Source of the DNA: Eledone cirrhosa
Taxonomy: Eukaryota
Length of the DNA stretch: 64,000 bases
Direction of reading: 5' to 3'
NCBI GenBank assembly: GCA_964016885.1
Contig: OZ024741.1
Span: 197,718,001 to 197,782,000, forward strand
In this document: positions 13,723 to 29,471 of the stretch, in pieces
Numbering within the stretch: the stretch's first letter is position 1
Layout of the letters: each line of letters starts with the position of its first letter
Position numbers and translations under genes: made by a program
Notes under the pieces: generated by a model
Database searches by the model: none
What the model was told of the DNA's origin: nothing
Seen by the model: the letters and a program-made list of their open reading frames with translations, nothing else

Positions 13723-13847
13723 ATCTATATTAAAACTATATATACATATATATATTGTTATACTTTGGGGACCCTCCCAAAGTATAACAATATCGGTTTC
13801 AACACACGTTTTCAAATAAAGAATCTTGCTAAACAAATTCAGAAACG

Positions 13848-13928
<81 letters not shown>

Positions 13929-14088
13929 ATAAATAATCCAGTAGGTACTAAGTACCCACGGAAATATACATGGTGTCTATAACAGTTGTTGTTCCATGGT
14001 ACTAATTTGAGATACCAGAACTATAAAAATGAGCGGAACAAGCAAACATTAAACAATCTTTTAAATAAATTAAAATACAATATATATA

Positions 14089-14389
14089 TAGTGGCGGACT
14101 GGCGAGGTTGGCAGGTTGCCCAATGGCAAATGGGCACCAGGAGCCCCACGGGAGCATTTCAGGAGCCCACTGTAGTATTTTTGGTGCCAATTCCTTGCTT
14201 TAAAAAAATATCTTCAATAAAAAGGGCTAAAGAATAAGTATTAATAAATAAAAAAAATAAAACAATTAAGCGAAACATTTGGTCAGGAATTCCCCAAGGA
14301 ATTAATAAAAACCAAAATATATGATAGTGCAAATAGATAAAATCACTGGTTGTCTAAATTTATAGATGACTGTATTCATTCATGCATGC

Positions 14390-14455
<66 letters not shown>

Positions 14456-15082
14456 GTGTGTATATATATATATATATATTTATTTCTTAATACTAACACA
14501 TACACATGAGCTGCTGGCCAAATAATTTTTGATATCAATGGGTTAAAGACATATGTAAAATCAACAGTCTAAATTCCCTAGGGAGAATGAGTCGCCAAGT
14601 TGAAAACATGCATGTATACATATATATAATTCTATATATACACATGTACATGTCACAAATACACACACTCCCAGATATATATTGAGTGAGTGTGAAAGAC
14701 AAAAGGTCATTATTGAAAGTCCCTGGATGTGTATATTTCGCAAGGTACTTTTATTGGAGAAGATAAGAACGATCACTTGCGTACTCTACTCTAAATAACA
14801 GTATACTATACATTCACAATTATTTAAAAATTCAATTATGGCATTCTGTATTAACATTTAGTATTATTGTATACTGCCAGTAATATATTCAGTATATATA
14901 CCCTATAATTAGTAGAAATACATTTTTTCCCACAAAAATTTGATTGCACTGTTTTGTTTTCACTTACGTATTTTTTGAAAATGTCATTTATTCATTATAA
15001 AAATTAAACGATAGCATTCTATATGTAGATGAGCCCCCTTTATCTCCTGGCAACCAACATTTTTAGACCCAGTCCGCCACTG
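14089..15082. mobile_element. Non-autonomous TIR DNA transposon, hAT-like termini, about 1 kb
   Basis: agtggcggactgg (14090) / ccagtccgccactg (to 15082), subterminal gagcccc repeats, no ORF. An 8-bp TSD cannot be resolved within the microsatellite. Confidence 0.7.
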
Positions 15083-15115
15083 TACACACACACACACACA
15101 CACATATATATATGT

Positions 15116-15340
<225 letters not shown>

Positions 15341-15584
15341 CATATATTTACGCATAAATACGTCTATTCCCCCTACGTATTTATTCGTATCACATATTTA
15401 CTATAACTTTATATGTGTTGTCTAACTTCCTCCCCTTAGCCACTTTTATCCATCTGTATTTCTACCGCCGAATACTTTTATAGCTCTTTTTTTTTGCATA
15501 AACGGGCGTATGTGATATATAAATCAATCCAGTATTATTGGTAGTAAAAAAAAAGAAAAATATTAAAATTAAAACTCACATGAT

Positions 15585-16220
15585 GGTATTTCAGCAGAAT
15601 TAGAGAATCGAATAAAACATCTTCGGGTATTTGTTCCAGCTCTTTACGATCTGCTTTCATCATTTCAGAGTAGATACACTATAGTGTCAGTGAAATACCG
15701 GGGTTGATTTAATCGACTAACTACTCACCGCAGATTTATAACGTTGTGTCGATATAAAATACGATTATTAATATTATCATCGATGCTATTTGTTGGCTGT
15801 GTTATTTAGGTCGGTGGTCTTGCAGTATCACATGGACGTTTGTATTTAGTTACGACTTTCTATGTTCTTAGTTCAAAATCTTGCCGAGGTCAACTTTACC
15901 TTTCATTATTTCGGGGACGATGAAATAAAGTACCAGTAAAGTACTGGAGTCAATTATTTGATCGACTTTCCCTCTCCAAAAAATTACTGGCCGTGTGCCA
16001 AAATTAGACATCAGTTTATAGCAATTTTTTTAAGGCGGTAGATTGGCAGAATTGTTGTATGAAATGCATTGCAGTATTTCATTATAGTCCTCTCTGTTCT
16101 GTTTTTAAATCTCACCGAGGTTAATAAAATTAAACACCAGTAAAATACTGTGGTCGGTAAAATCGACGTTTCCCTCCTACCCCTAAAATCAGTGGCCTTG
16201 TGCCTATATTAGAAACCATA
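15585..16220 (+). mobile_element. Three tandem old tRNA-derived SINE copies
   Basis: Repeated degenerate ...gaggtcaacttt...cctttcat...aaataaagtaccagt...ggccttgtgcc...attagaaac. Confidence 0.75.
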
Positions 16221-16573
16221 GTATAGCAATCTTATAACATCCTCTATTCACTAAGTTACGGTCTACTCTTGCCTCACTAATTGAGTACAAAATCCTTCAT
16301 TTTATGAGGGTATGAATAAACATTAATGGCATTCATACCTATCTTATAGTTAAATGAAGTAACTACATTCTCCGATCAATGGCTGCTTAGCTTTTTCTTT
16401 ACCAGAGTATACTACTACAAACAGTAGATGCTACTTTTCAATCTACATACCTTCTCAAAATATACAGGAGTCTAAGTTTTAAGTTAGGGTTCAGTCAAAC
16501 ACTTGAGTCTAACATCTTGCTTCACTGTGAGTTTATCTCTTGTGGAGCGATTTACCCCTGCCTTCGTGAACTT

Positions 16574-16706
16574 TCTTCTTCTTCTTCTTCTTCTTCTTCT
16601 TCTTCTTCTTCTTCTTCTTCTTCTTCTTCTTCTTCTTCTTCTTCTTCTTCTTCTTCTTCTTCTTCTTCTTCTTCTTCTTCTTCTTCTTCTTCTTCTTCTT
16701 CTTCTT
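16574..16706. repeat. (CTT)n microsatellite
   Basis: Directly visible. Confidence 0.98.
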
Positions 16707-17877
16707 CGCCCACTTTTTCCTGAGAGAGTTCGTGAACGTAAAAAAAAAAAATATTTTAGGTATCTTCAAGACACAATTGCACGTTTTTGCAAGAATGTGG
16801 GATTTTTTAATAACAATACTTGATATTAATATGTTTTTGGTACTTGCTATTTCAAAATCGAAATGAAAAAAGATGGTTCAAACTCGAGGTGATAAATTAA
16901 AATATAAGCAGTAAAACCTAATCGTTGTGTAACACATTATTCGAGCATTGCTCTATTAGCTGTATGATGCAGATGAAAAGTTAAAGGTTAACTGTTTAAG
17001 TGAAGGGTATTACTCACTTCTACGTTAAACGGGCTATTGTGTCTTTTTTCAACTAATTATGTCCAGACTAATGAGAAAAATCAAAGTAGAATTATTCATT
17101 ATTTAAGATGAAGGCAATGTCGTTTATTTCTTGCGTTATGTAAATTACAATTTTCACCAAAATACGCAGCACTCTGCCTCTTTGGCATTCGAGTTCATTA
17201 ACATCGTTTTCTGTAAAGGCTTCATTAATATTATCGCCTTTATCTTGACTATTCTCTTCTTTATTTGCATATTATTTCCATGTTTTCTAATTACACATTT
17301 CATAACGGCGCTTCCACATTTTCTAACAGTAGTTTTGTATTGAAAGACCTCGGGTTTAGTCATCATTGAACATAGTTCTTATTAATTGGCTCTTTCAGTT
17401 TAATTTTATTTTTGGTTTTCGTTAACTCATTTTTCGTTAACTCTTCTAATGTTGCCGCTTGTCAACATCCACCATAATTTTGTTAACTTCATCTGTAAAC
17501 CTAGATCAACCAGTGCTGAGAGCAAATAGAGGAAAGTTTAAGCATAGGACAAGTTTTCTAATGATACTGTTCTTCCCAGAAATCTCTTCTTACATAAAAA
17601 AAATTATAGAAATAATCTGAAAAAGCAAACGAAAGGCAACCAAGATAGATAGATACAGCTCAGAGAAACAGTAAATTAAAAACGGGACAGGGAAAGAAAA
17701 AAGTAAATCAAATCTAGAAGAGTATTATAAGAGGAGATAAGCGAGTACTTTTGCCATAATTCATTTTAGTAGAAGTTGCATGAATGGTTACATCGCTGTG
17801 CCGTAAGACATTATTAAGTATGTTCTTTTATTTAGACACTTCTGTGTAAGCTCAGTGTGTGCAGGCTTATGCGTATA

Positions 17878-18742
<865 letters not shown>

Positions 18743-19629
18743 GATTATCAGAGAGCATCTTCTCTTCAGTTACGGTAATAAAATGATAAACGTATATGAT
18801 TTGTTTTCAATGTATAGACAATTTCCAAATAGCTTGACTACTACGGTTGGTCGTGTTTTTATCATATTATTATCTTTTCTCACTAAATGTGAACTTATTC
18901 TTTTTAAACGGCCAAATAACTGGTTTCATTTCACCAAAAGAGTATCTATAAAGTTATCATTTTTCTATTGCATTTCAGTTTTATCTCCCGTAAGCTGTAT
19001 GATAAAATGCATACATTTCTTGAAGATCCGCGGTAGCATAGACTGTAGAATGCAAGATTAAATAACTTACAATATTTTGTTTCATGCTTCCATGTTTTTA
19101 GTTCAAATCTCGCCGTAGTTTTCTCTCCTTTTAATTTTTCTTCGATAGATAAAAAATAAATACAAAACATGTGCCGTACATGAATATGGCGGCGAATTGG
19201 CAGAGTCATTAGAGTATTGAATTAAATGCTTTACGATATTCGTTCAAATAATCCGAGGATCACCTTTCCTCTTCATTATTTTGGGACCGATAAATAAAGT
19301 ACCAGTTGGAGGGTAACGGATTAGCAAAATTACGGAGTATCAATGTCTGTTCTGTCACAGTGCTTTAAATCTGGATTTAAAACCCGTGCCTGTCACCGGA
19401 AACATTATGACATTATAGTACAATCACCACACACACACACTCACACACATGAGGGTTCTATGAAATGCAATCTTATATGAGGCCAGCTAAACTTATGCAA
19501 ATGTGAGCTGTATGTATGTATGTATGTATGTATGTATGTATGTATGTATGTATGTATGTATGTATGTATGTATGTATGTATGTATGCAAGTATGTATGTA
19601 TGTATGCATGTATGCATGTAATAATAATG

Positions 19630-20605
19630 ATACTATTTATAGTTATGTATAAACTATAAACAACTATAAACAGGAAAGGTCAGTAATTTATTACCACCTT
19701 ATTACCAGTAAGAGAAATAGCTCAATGTAAGAACATCAGGTGTTTTACAAAGCAGGAATATAAATTACACAATTATCAAAGTTATGTTCAAATCATTTTA
19801 TTGCTGACAATCGTTTCTTCCAAACTTTTGTTTGGAGTCATCGGAGCGTTAGCAATGTTTGTACATATAATTAACCTCCTATTGAACTGAACAATCATAT
19901 AGATATATATATATTGATGTTGTGAACAACAGTTTCGTATTTGCAGGGCGGAATGGATGCGACATATATTATACGAGAATTGTACAATAATTCAAATTAA
20001 AATTAAAAGCACAGAGTGGAATACATGCAACAGATAATACAAGGGAATAGTCTAATAATTAAAGAGGCATTGGGGAAGAATGAGGACACTAGCAGTACAT
20101 ATGCAAGCGTGTAGAGAGTGCACATGCGTTAGTCATATATATGAAGGAAACAAGCAAAGGTATTAGGCATAAATAAATACTGTATGGCAAAGGTATCACA
20201 TAAAATAACACAGGTATACAAGCATATCAAGCAAAGGTGTTAGTGTATTAAAATTATGGTGGATGTAATGTGATGATTGTTTCTGTAGTGTTCAAATGTG
20301 TATGTGTTGAGAGTATCAAAGTTATTGTTAGCTTTTCCATTACATATGTTAAATTATATTTTAGTTAATGTTTATATTGAATATTTTTAGTTAGTTATAG
20401 CAATGGATTGTAAATTGGTCTTATTGTATTTTTATCTATGGACTAGAGTTGTTCTGCAGCGAGTTTTTCTAACGGTTTAATTTCCGGAAGTGAGTATGAG
20501 ATCCAAAATTAAGGGGAGATAATGCGTAAGGGGAGGTAACTAGCTAATTAAATTATATAAAATTATATAGGAAAGTATCAATTATTTAAATTCTTTGCTC
20601 TAATA
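19630..20605 (-). mobile_element. Decayed Penelope-type element with CCGAUGA hammerhead at 19803-19847
   Basis: Minus strand: gct CCGATGA c[tccaaac aaaa gtttgga]a GAAAC gatt GTC agc aataaa. The tail 19635-19755 matches 31450-31565. Confidence 0.72.
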
Positions 20606-20624
20606 TGTGTGTATGTATGTACGA

Positions 20625-20790
20625 TCTTCTGGTTTAATAAATGTTTACCAATATAGAGAGAGGGTCGGTTTCTAACATAGATCCAAAGACTCTCTCATTA
20701 GGATCTACACATCACCAACTAGGTAGCTATGTATGCATGTCTATATGCATGCATGTGTATGCAGGCATGAATGTTATTGTAGTATATATG
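20625..20790 (-). mobile_element. 3' UTR fragment of the RLE-type LINE family at 59700-60345
   Basis: tttaccaata...gtcggtttctaacataga...gactctctcatt...caactaggtag matches 59717-59835. Flanked by (ATGT)n. Confidence 0.75.
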
Positions 20791-23700
20791 TCTGTCTGTA
20801 TGTATGTATGTATGTATGTATGTATGTATGTATGTATGTATGTATGTATGTATGTATGTATGTATGTATGTATTATGTATGTAACAGCTTCTTGACACGA
20901 GTTGCATTTGTATTTGTCAACGGGAAGAGGTAATTTCGTAAGCGATATAATTGTAAATATAGAGAAACGACAAGATATTGACGAATTCATTACTCCCTTC
21001 GGGAAAAATGATGCTGATGCATATTTAATGCAAGCCCTGTCTTTGATCTACAAGAAAGTCATCTTATTACTACAACTACTGACATACCGTATGGTTTCGC
21101 TTCATATGTATGGAACATATAAGTTTCAAACTCTGGAAATCAGACGAATCGCAAATTCTTAATATTTCCTGTCCAGGGTAAGGGATTGTCAGGATTTGTC
21201 ATTTATTTACCTATGCTTAGATCTACATTAGTTTGTCATTAAACTAATATATGAGCTATCTACTGTTGTGGAGGTCAGCTGCGAGCTGGTATGAACATTT
21301 CATTAACATTTAGTAAGAAAGGGAAGAATATTTACGGTCAGGTGTTTCGAAATCTCAAAATTCTCTACCCAAATTATACATTTACATTTTAAATCATAAG
21401 TATTAGTGAAATGTTTCAGAAGCACTCTGATAAGGTTGGGGTTTTCAAATAAAGAAAGAAACCATCTAATTTGTATTCGGCGAATTCAGTTTGCAAGTGG
21501 AACCCTGGAAATATGTCAGACTTTCCTGAACTGTAGATATCAGACTATACTTTTGTTTTTATCTTAAATTCCAGTGATGAAGTATTGTTTCTTTGTTGGA
21601 AATCAGCATCTTCTTTATATAAATAATTCATACATACATGATGTTGATGGCTGCCCCCTCGTTATCGAGTATGGCCATTGCACGATATACCATTATTAAT
21701 AATTATTAATTAATTCTATCATTCAATGCCTGTGCGTGAAGATATGTTTTAAAGTGAGGAAAGACTGTGCACTGAGCCAATCCCACTCTCTGAGCGACAG
21801 TAGCTATAACCCGAAAAGATGAAAAGATCAACATCATCGGTAACTACATACATACATACATACATACACACATACATAGATAGACACCAACACATACATA
21901 TATAGACACCCACACATACGCACACATACATGCATACATACATACACACATACACACCCTCACACGTACACACATACATACATATATACATACGTACATA
22001 CATGCAAGCATACATGCATCCATACGTATGCACGTAAAATTATATTGTGCACATTTGCCAATATTAAAAATTTTGTCGACGAAACTTTTTAAGACATTTT
22101 GTTTTTTTCTCAAAATTTAAATCTGAAGAACATTAGAAAAAATCCATAGAAATCCCAAGAGTATTAAAAGCACATGAAAATTATGCTGAAACATGTCTGA
22201 CCTAGACAAAGCTTATAATAGTAAAAAGTGTGTTCATTAACTGAAAAATAAGAATACATAAATTTATAAAGAATTCTATTAAAAATGAAAAATAACGTCA
22301 TAGAATGAAAACAAGACTAACTAATAAATAAATAAAAACTGTAGACGAAAAAGAAATAGTGCAAGTGCGCTATTTCTTTTCAGTCTACAATAACTAGTTG
22401 AAAGTGCATTAAAAATAAAAATAAAAAACACCAGACGACAGAACAAATCCATTGTTTGACTATGACGGATATTGGAATGTTACATAAAAATATCAGAAAT
22501 ATACAAATGTAAAAAATCAGAATTTGAAGAGGAATTGTTGAGAAGAGATTATCATAAGTATACAGATTTAGTTGTTTCCTTGCGAAGAGATTATATAAAA
22601 TACACACTAGATTTAGTTGTTTGGATTTCATACTTACCTACTTTCCAGCATTTATAGTTAGTTAGATGTATACATTATTTGTATTAATGTTGTTTATTTT
22701 GTATTAAACGTATTAGGTGACATATACGTAACTAGTGATTTTCATACTTATATACCCAACCTAAGAACTGTAAGTTCTGCTGATTAAAATATTTGTCTAT
22801 CAATTGCTATCGGTGTCGTGTATCTTCAACGAGATGTTGTCGCTTGTGTGCTTGTGTTGTGTTTGAAGTAGACTAATATTGATTTCTTTTAACTTGAAAC
22901 AACGATCAAATTTATAGTACAGAGAAATGTGATATTTTGATGTTCAAGAGTATTAGTGATATAAATGAAGTTTAAATAGCTCCAAATGGAAAATGAAACT
23001 GTATCGTAAATACAAATATATATTATCTGTAACTCTACGGCGCTCGTTAGTAAATTCTGTCTGTTTTATAACATGAATAGAAGGTTATAAAATCACATCT
23101 TCGAACACACCATTTGATTGAAAAACAGAAGAGAAATCAAATAGATGGATGGTACTTTATTTTATATTGAAAGTGTCATAAAATGAATTAATTTCAATGA
23201 TTTTTAGAGAATCAATGACGGTAAATGTCGATTTTTCTGTAGAGAGCTATGTGAACATATAAACGTCATTTATATGTATGTATGCGTGTATGTGTGTATA
23301 TGTGAAAGCGCTTGGCTTAGTGGTTACGGTATTTGGCCCTGAGAATCTCTTGAAAACGCAGAAAATAACTGCAATAATAGTTGAGAATATTTAATACATT
23401 ACTCTTAGAAACGGCAAAAATAAACAAAAGTGCCTACAAGGAATCGAACTACGTATCTCTCGAATGCCATGTATTCCGTCTTATATAGGACTAGCTAGTC
23501 AAAAATGACGGCTAATTGTAGTATCAACTATATAAAAAGGTCTGTCTTTCTGTTGGTAAACGACGTTACCTTTCAATTGCACTCACTATTAGTGAAACCA
23601 ACCTAAACTCGTACAACTTAAAGCCACATAAAGCAGGCCGTGACTTATAGTTGATGTAAAAACTCCCTATTTAAAATGTATTACATACATTTCTTAATAT

Positions 23701-26700
23701 AAATATATTAGGCACATGTATGAACTGTTATATACAAACATATACATCAACAGACTCATTGGAGAAAATAATTATTACATGCACACACATTCTTCGTTGT
23801 TTTCTATACTATGTCACAACCCCCTTCCTTCACCACTCATCACATAGATGTGTGTATATTTGTCATCATTATTTTGTATAATGTATCTGTTTATGTATAT
23901 GTATCTGTTTATATTTATATACTCATACATAGATGAGTTACCTCCCTTTGTGTGACAGACAACTACACATTGGGTATTATATTAGTAGCTGCTACTATAC
24001 AATTTAGGCGACGAATTGGCAGAGTCGTTAGAGCGTCGGATAGAATGCTTTGTGGTATCCTTTTCGGTTCTCTGATATCTGAATTCAAATCCCACCGAGG
24101 TCAACTTTGACTTTCATTCATAAAAAAGTACCGGTCAAGTATTTGGTTCGATTATTCTTCAATATTTCTTCCTCACTCTCTCTATCCTTCTCTGGAGGAA
24201 ATCTACTGTATCCAGACTTGGAGAGGGGATGAGCTCCCCCAGGTTTGAAAAATTCCTTAAAAATGCGGTATCTCAATACGTAGTCCCTACGACTACCTTA
24301 GATGCGGGACCATACATACTATACAGTTTGGAGTTAGAATGTAACTGGATGTAAACAAATCTTATGAATAATCAAAGCACTGGGATTATTTGAAACTTGA
24401 GAATTTGAAAATGTGAGGATCTAAAACGCAGAAAATATCTGTAAGAACATTCGATCACTATAGGTAGTACTCGAGAAAATTGGATAAACCTGACCTAGTT
24501 AAGCCATTTTTTGGACCGACTGAACATAATTTCAGTTAAGAGAGTAACTGTCAGTGATGTCTCTTGCCATCAATTTGAGCAAGTACCAGTGTTATAAGAG
24601 TGTATATTCTGGATGTGCTTGACAAGTGTTACACACCCACTGAATATGGTAAATTCAACATAACTATCAATTTAATTCAACAATTAAATTGTGGTTCATA
24701 ATAGAATGCTAATTTTTCCGTTATCCTTTACGCAATACTGTCGGAATTGATCTGAGATAGCTAGTTGTCTCAAGGTGTTTGGATAATAGATAATTCTTTA
24801 TAGCACACCCCACTATCCTCTAACGGACACGAGCCTCTTAAGCTACCTACTATTCGAATTTAGTCATTGTTTCCCATCTCTGCTTCTTTCTTAATGTGTC
24901 AGCTTATGTGATTTCACATTCCCTTCAATCAAGCCCCGCGTTTTCGTAGTGAGATATAAAAATTCGTTGAAAATGATTGTTTTATAATTCGGTTCTGGGC
25001 ATTACCTTCGGGACACATGCCACCACCATAGATGAAACTTAAGTGTCAGTTGACCTCGTGATCCCAGCAGACATGAGGATGGAGGATGGGGGATGGTGAG
25101 GGAGACGTGCTAGAACAGCCATTCCACCTCGCGGAGCTCGCACTTGCGGGTAGCCAACTCCGCTCCGATACATGATACAATAAAGCTGTATTTTGTTTTT
25201 AGATCTAAGAATACATACCAACGAATAAAGATTAAGTCAACTCTAAGTAACGTTTTTCAGTAATATTTATGCCAAACTAGTAAGTTCACGACATTACGCG
25301 CTGAGACAAAAACCTCATTATAATACAACTTGTATTCCCTGTAAGTTTCGTTTATATTTCAGCGATACGATTTAAATCTAATAATGCACACTCAGAAACA
25401 AAGATTATGTCAGTTTATAGGAGCCTAAAGTTTGCATGTTTATTTTTTGATAATGCTAACGCTAGATTAGTAGTTTCAGAATGCCAGCAGCATACGCACT
25501 GTGTCAATAACCAGTATATGCAACACAATGCAGCTCGTGTTTCCCTGCAAATTTCGTTGCCTTTTATTTCAAATCATGACTTCGGGGTAGAAAATAATTT
25601 AAACAAGAAGCATGTGATAATAAACACTAAAACTTATGAAGTAGTTAATGGCTGGTGCTTTGATGACGAAAGTTTGTGAGAGCATGATGTAAAGTGGCAA
25701 ACAGTTTCAAACTCGTAATGCAAAGGATAAACTCTTTGTATTTACTTTATTTGTTAGGGTAACAATGCGTATGAGAGTTTGCAAACGATACAAATTGAGC
25801 TGGAAGATATGAAGTGGTTTATCCAGCAACAATGTCGTGGTCAAAACGTCCGATCTACTTAGTCATATGAGAATCAAGATTTGCGACGTCCTCGATATTG
25901 GGAGCAGTGATAGTAAGGATTTTAAGGTGTTCTGTTATACGAAAAACCCTCGATAACATTATTTCGTACATTAGCATTTTAACAGAAACTGATGTTGATT
26001 AATAATATCAACCTCCTCAGCCCTTAATAGGACTCTTTATGCAGAAGCAAAAAGAAGACGTCCGTGACGCTTTTGGGTTTCGCTGTGTATGTTCCAAATG
26101 GGACTATTTTAAGTGAATGGTGCCCGAATATTAATAATATACAAAATACATTATTTACTGCGGTACTGATGTATATTTTTTAGCCTTGGTCCTAATTCCA
26201 CAGCGTGTGCGCATGTGTGTATGCCTGTGTACTGTTAAACATAAATATACTGGAAAAAACATAATCGATATGTATAGATAAAACGGTAAAGAGCCATTCA
26301 CATGTAATGGAATCGTATGGGCGTCTCTTTACACATGGCGTCTTTTGGACATTTAAAACCTAGTGGAACACATCCATCTCCAAGCCGGAACATACGCAAT
26401 TTCTTCCAGAGAAAGAAAGATGGGAATGAGGAAGAATTCTTCAGCCTCAGCACTGGACTGGTACTTTATTTATCCACCTTGAAAATCCGAAAGACAAAGT
26501 TGACCTCGGTGTGATTTGAACTCAGAGTGCAGTGAACTAGAACAAATACCGAGGCATTTTCAATCCAATGGCCTAACATTGTTGCCAAAGAGTCACCCTT
26601 ATACGTATAGGCGCTAACAAATATTTGTATAGTCATTGAGAATTCAATATTTGTTTCGTGTACCTCACATACAATAATCAGTGAAACAAGAGAAGTCTTA

Positions 26701-27394
26701 TATTCATACATATCGGAAATGTTAGTAGCATGATGTTAGGTGATATTTTGCGAAGGAAATAAAATAAAATAGTTGAAGCTGACAAACACAAGTAAGTTTA
26801 TCATATGCATACTCACATATCCCAGAGAATAACTGCAAATCGATTAGCATTCAGCATTGTTTTTCAACGAATGTGCTACAACTAAGTTAAATCTTGCAAT
26901 ATATACAATACTGAATTTTATTAAAGGATGAATGTTAATGCCACGACATCGCTCGATATCTTGAGACAAGGCTATTTAAAATATCTGCATAGTACAATAT
27001 TCAAATATATTGATAACAACATAACCTTTATCCACAGGTATTAGATTAATTCTCCGTATGAGCATTCAGACTTTAAAATATCGAAGTTTCATATGTTATA
27101 TATGCAATCCTCAATGGAATAATTCTAATCATAGATATTGGTCAATTAGAAGCTGTGGTGGAAAGCATTTGCCCAAACTACAGTGCAGTAGGATCGAAGT
27201 CAACATTTCATAGTTGAGAAGTAAACGTTTTAACCAGACAACCATGTTTTAATAATGGTGGGGGTTTTTTTGTATTTATTTATTAATTTGCTTTTTTTCT
27301 TGAAATATTATAATTTAATAAATGCTGTAGTGAATAATTTCAACGGTGAAGATGTCTGTGTGTGTGGACTGCCTATATTTCTTTCGGAAAGAAT

Positions 27395-27720
27395 ATTGAT
27401 AAAATAAAGTACCAGTCAAGTATTGGAGTCTGTACGATCGTCTCCCCCCCCCCCCCATACACCGACTGCTAGCCTAGTGCCAAAATTAGAAACTATTTAT
27501 GTGCCATGGATTGGAAGTATAGGTAGAACTTTGGATAAAATGCTTTGCGGCATTGAGTTACATCTCTTTACGTTTTGAGTTCAAATTCCGCTGATGTCAA
27601 CTTTACCTTTCATCCTCCCGAGGTCGATAAAATAAAGTGACAGTGAAGTACTGGGGTCGGTATACTCGATTTCTCTTTTCCTCAAATTTCTGGCCTTGTG
27701 CCTAAATTAGAAACCATTAA
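27395..27720 (+). mobile_element. Two tandem old SINE copies (other dispersed copies near 975, 19185, 24005, 26455, 29895, 31880, 33365, 33600, 34470, 45860, 47110, 50185)
   Basis: B-box gagttcaaattcc, central cctttcatcct...gtcgataaaataaagt, 3' end ggccttgtgcctaaattagaaac. Confidence 0.82.
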
Positions 27721-28231
27721 TTTAGAAAAAAAGTAGTAATACTAACAAATAAATAAATATTCAAATAACTTTTTTCGATTTTGCAATCCGTAAAAATCGT
27801 TATGTTTTCATTCACATGAGGATATAAATATCTTGTATGAGAGATATTAGACAGTGTTTTATTGTTAGAGGAGATTTGGGTTACTATTCGAATATTATTA
27901 GATTACGAAACGTTTTCAAATTTTTCCTTGCCTTATAATTGGAAGTAAATAAGCCATAGTAAAACATCCATACAATGTCCATGAATTTCTAAGGTAATTA
28001 ATTCGGATAACACCCCAGCTATTTAATCCCTCCATATAAAATTGTCTGTGTATCTGCCTTGTATTAAGAAACTACAAAACGAACACACACATCGAAAATT
28101 ATCATATTTCGACGTCTGTTTTGAAATAAAAATTCAAAAATTCTTCGAAAGCGGTTAGTTCATAAGTTATGGATCTTGAAGCATTAACATTTTCATTTCA
28201 GTAAATGAATCGAAACCCTATTTTATATATA

Positions 28232-28578
28232 TAGTAGTCCCCCAGTATTCACGGGCGTTATGTTCCTAGAGCACCTGCGAAGAGTGAAAAACCGCGAATA
28301 TCGGACGTGGTCCATAAAAATGCCTATAAATCAAGATATAACGTAAAATATAATAAAAACAGTGGAAGTGTTTTATGCCAAGGGCGTCCAATAGGCCGGC
28401 AAATACAGTTTATTGTTATTAATAATTTAGCGATAAAGATAGATATATTGCCACGAAAAAAAAAGCATCGCGGAAGATATTTACGATTCCTTGAATATGC
28501 GGTGGTTTCCACGAACAATTATTAGTTAGGTTCCAAGGAAAATTCCGCGAAAAGCCGAGATCACGAATGCTGGGTGTA

Positions 28579-28583
<5 letters not shown>
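28232..28583. mobile_element. pogo/Tigger-like MITE
   Basis: Imperfect TIRs tagtagtcccccagtattca / cgaatgctgggtgtacacta, subterminal cgcgaa repeats, TA flanks. Confidence 0.6.
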
Positions 28584-28644
<61 letters not shown>

Positions 28645-28741
28645 GACGTAAAATAAGAAAATTATAAAAATTAACTTACTTACTAAAATTTCACTCCAAC
28701 TTGTATGCATCTGTATATATATGTTGGTAGATATACTAATT

Positions 28742-28777
<36 letters not shown>

Positions 28778-28783
<6 letters not shown>

Positions 28784-29035
28784 AAAAATTTGAACAGGGA
28801 CAGAACAGAGAGGCAGTACAATAAATGTTTATTAAATTCACGCTCAGGAGAGTGGGGAGTAGGTGGGGGACGACGTTTCGGGCATAAGCCCTTCCTCAGG
28901 TGAGAAGTGTGTGGGAACAGAGTTCAAAAGGTGTGTAGGGGAGTGGTGGAGAGACATATAGCGAAAGGAAACGGTGCGAATGAAAAATTAACAAATAAAG
29001 ACAAAAAATATAAAAAATAAAAATAAAGCATGATC
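28778..29035 (-). mobile_element. Neptune-like Penelope 3' end with hammerhead at 28869-28902
   Basis: Minus strand: CTGAGGA a[gggc ttat gccc] GAAAC GTC. The flank is homologous to 37805-37910. Confidence 0.75.
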
Positions 29036-29076
29036 AAAATACAAGGAATGAGAAAATTTAAAAATAAAGGCATGAT

Positions 29077-29194
<118 letters not shown>

Positions 29195-29384
29195 AAAAAT
29201 TCAGGACCCCGAGGGTTAAGCTCCGGTCGTTTCAACAGCTTCTATATAAATAAATATATCTGGTCAGATCGTTGCAGATCGAGCCTTGAGCTGATCAATC
29301 GAGAAACACGCGTCACACCTCAATAAATGTAATGAAGACCTAACACTTCGTCCTCTTTATTATTATTATTAGTAGTAGTAGTTG

Positions 29385-29471
<87 letters not shown>

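Larger units (their letters stand above)
12759..13740 (-). mobile_element. Penelope-type element with about 265-bp inverted pLTR pair
   Basis: 12830-13096 is the reverse complement of 13471-13740 and each arm carries a hammerhead. Internally there is a 3x ~27-bp tandem repeat (13105-13180) and a SINE. Confidence 0.8.

Noticed and set aside
22628-22645. Minus-strand AG|GTAAGT as a second recursive site
   Set aside because: Purine-rich upstream sequence with no polypyrimidine tract.
25356-25679. 90-aa ORF behind an acceptor-like tttatatttcag
   Set aside because: No recognisable motif and no matching donor. The length is compatible with chance.
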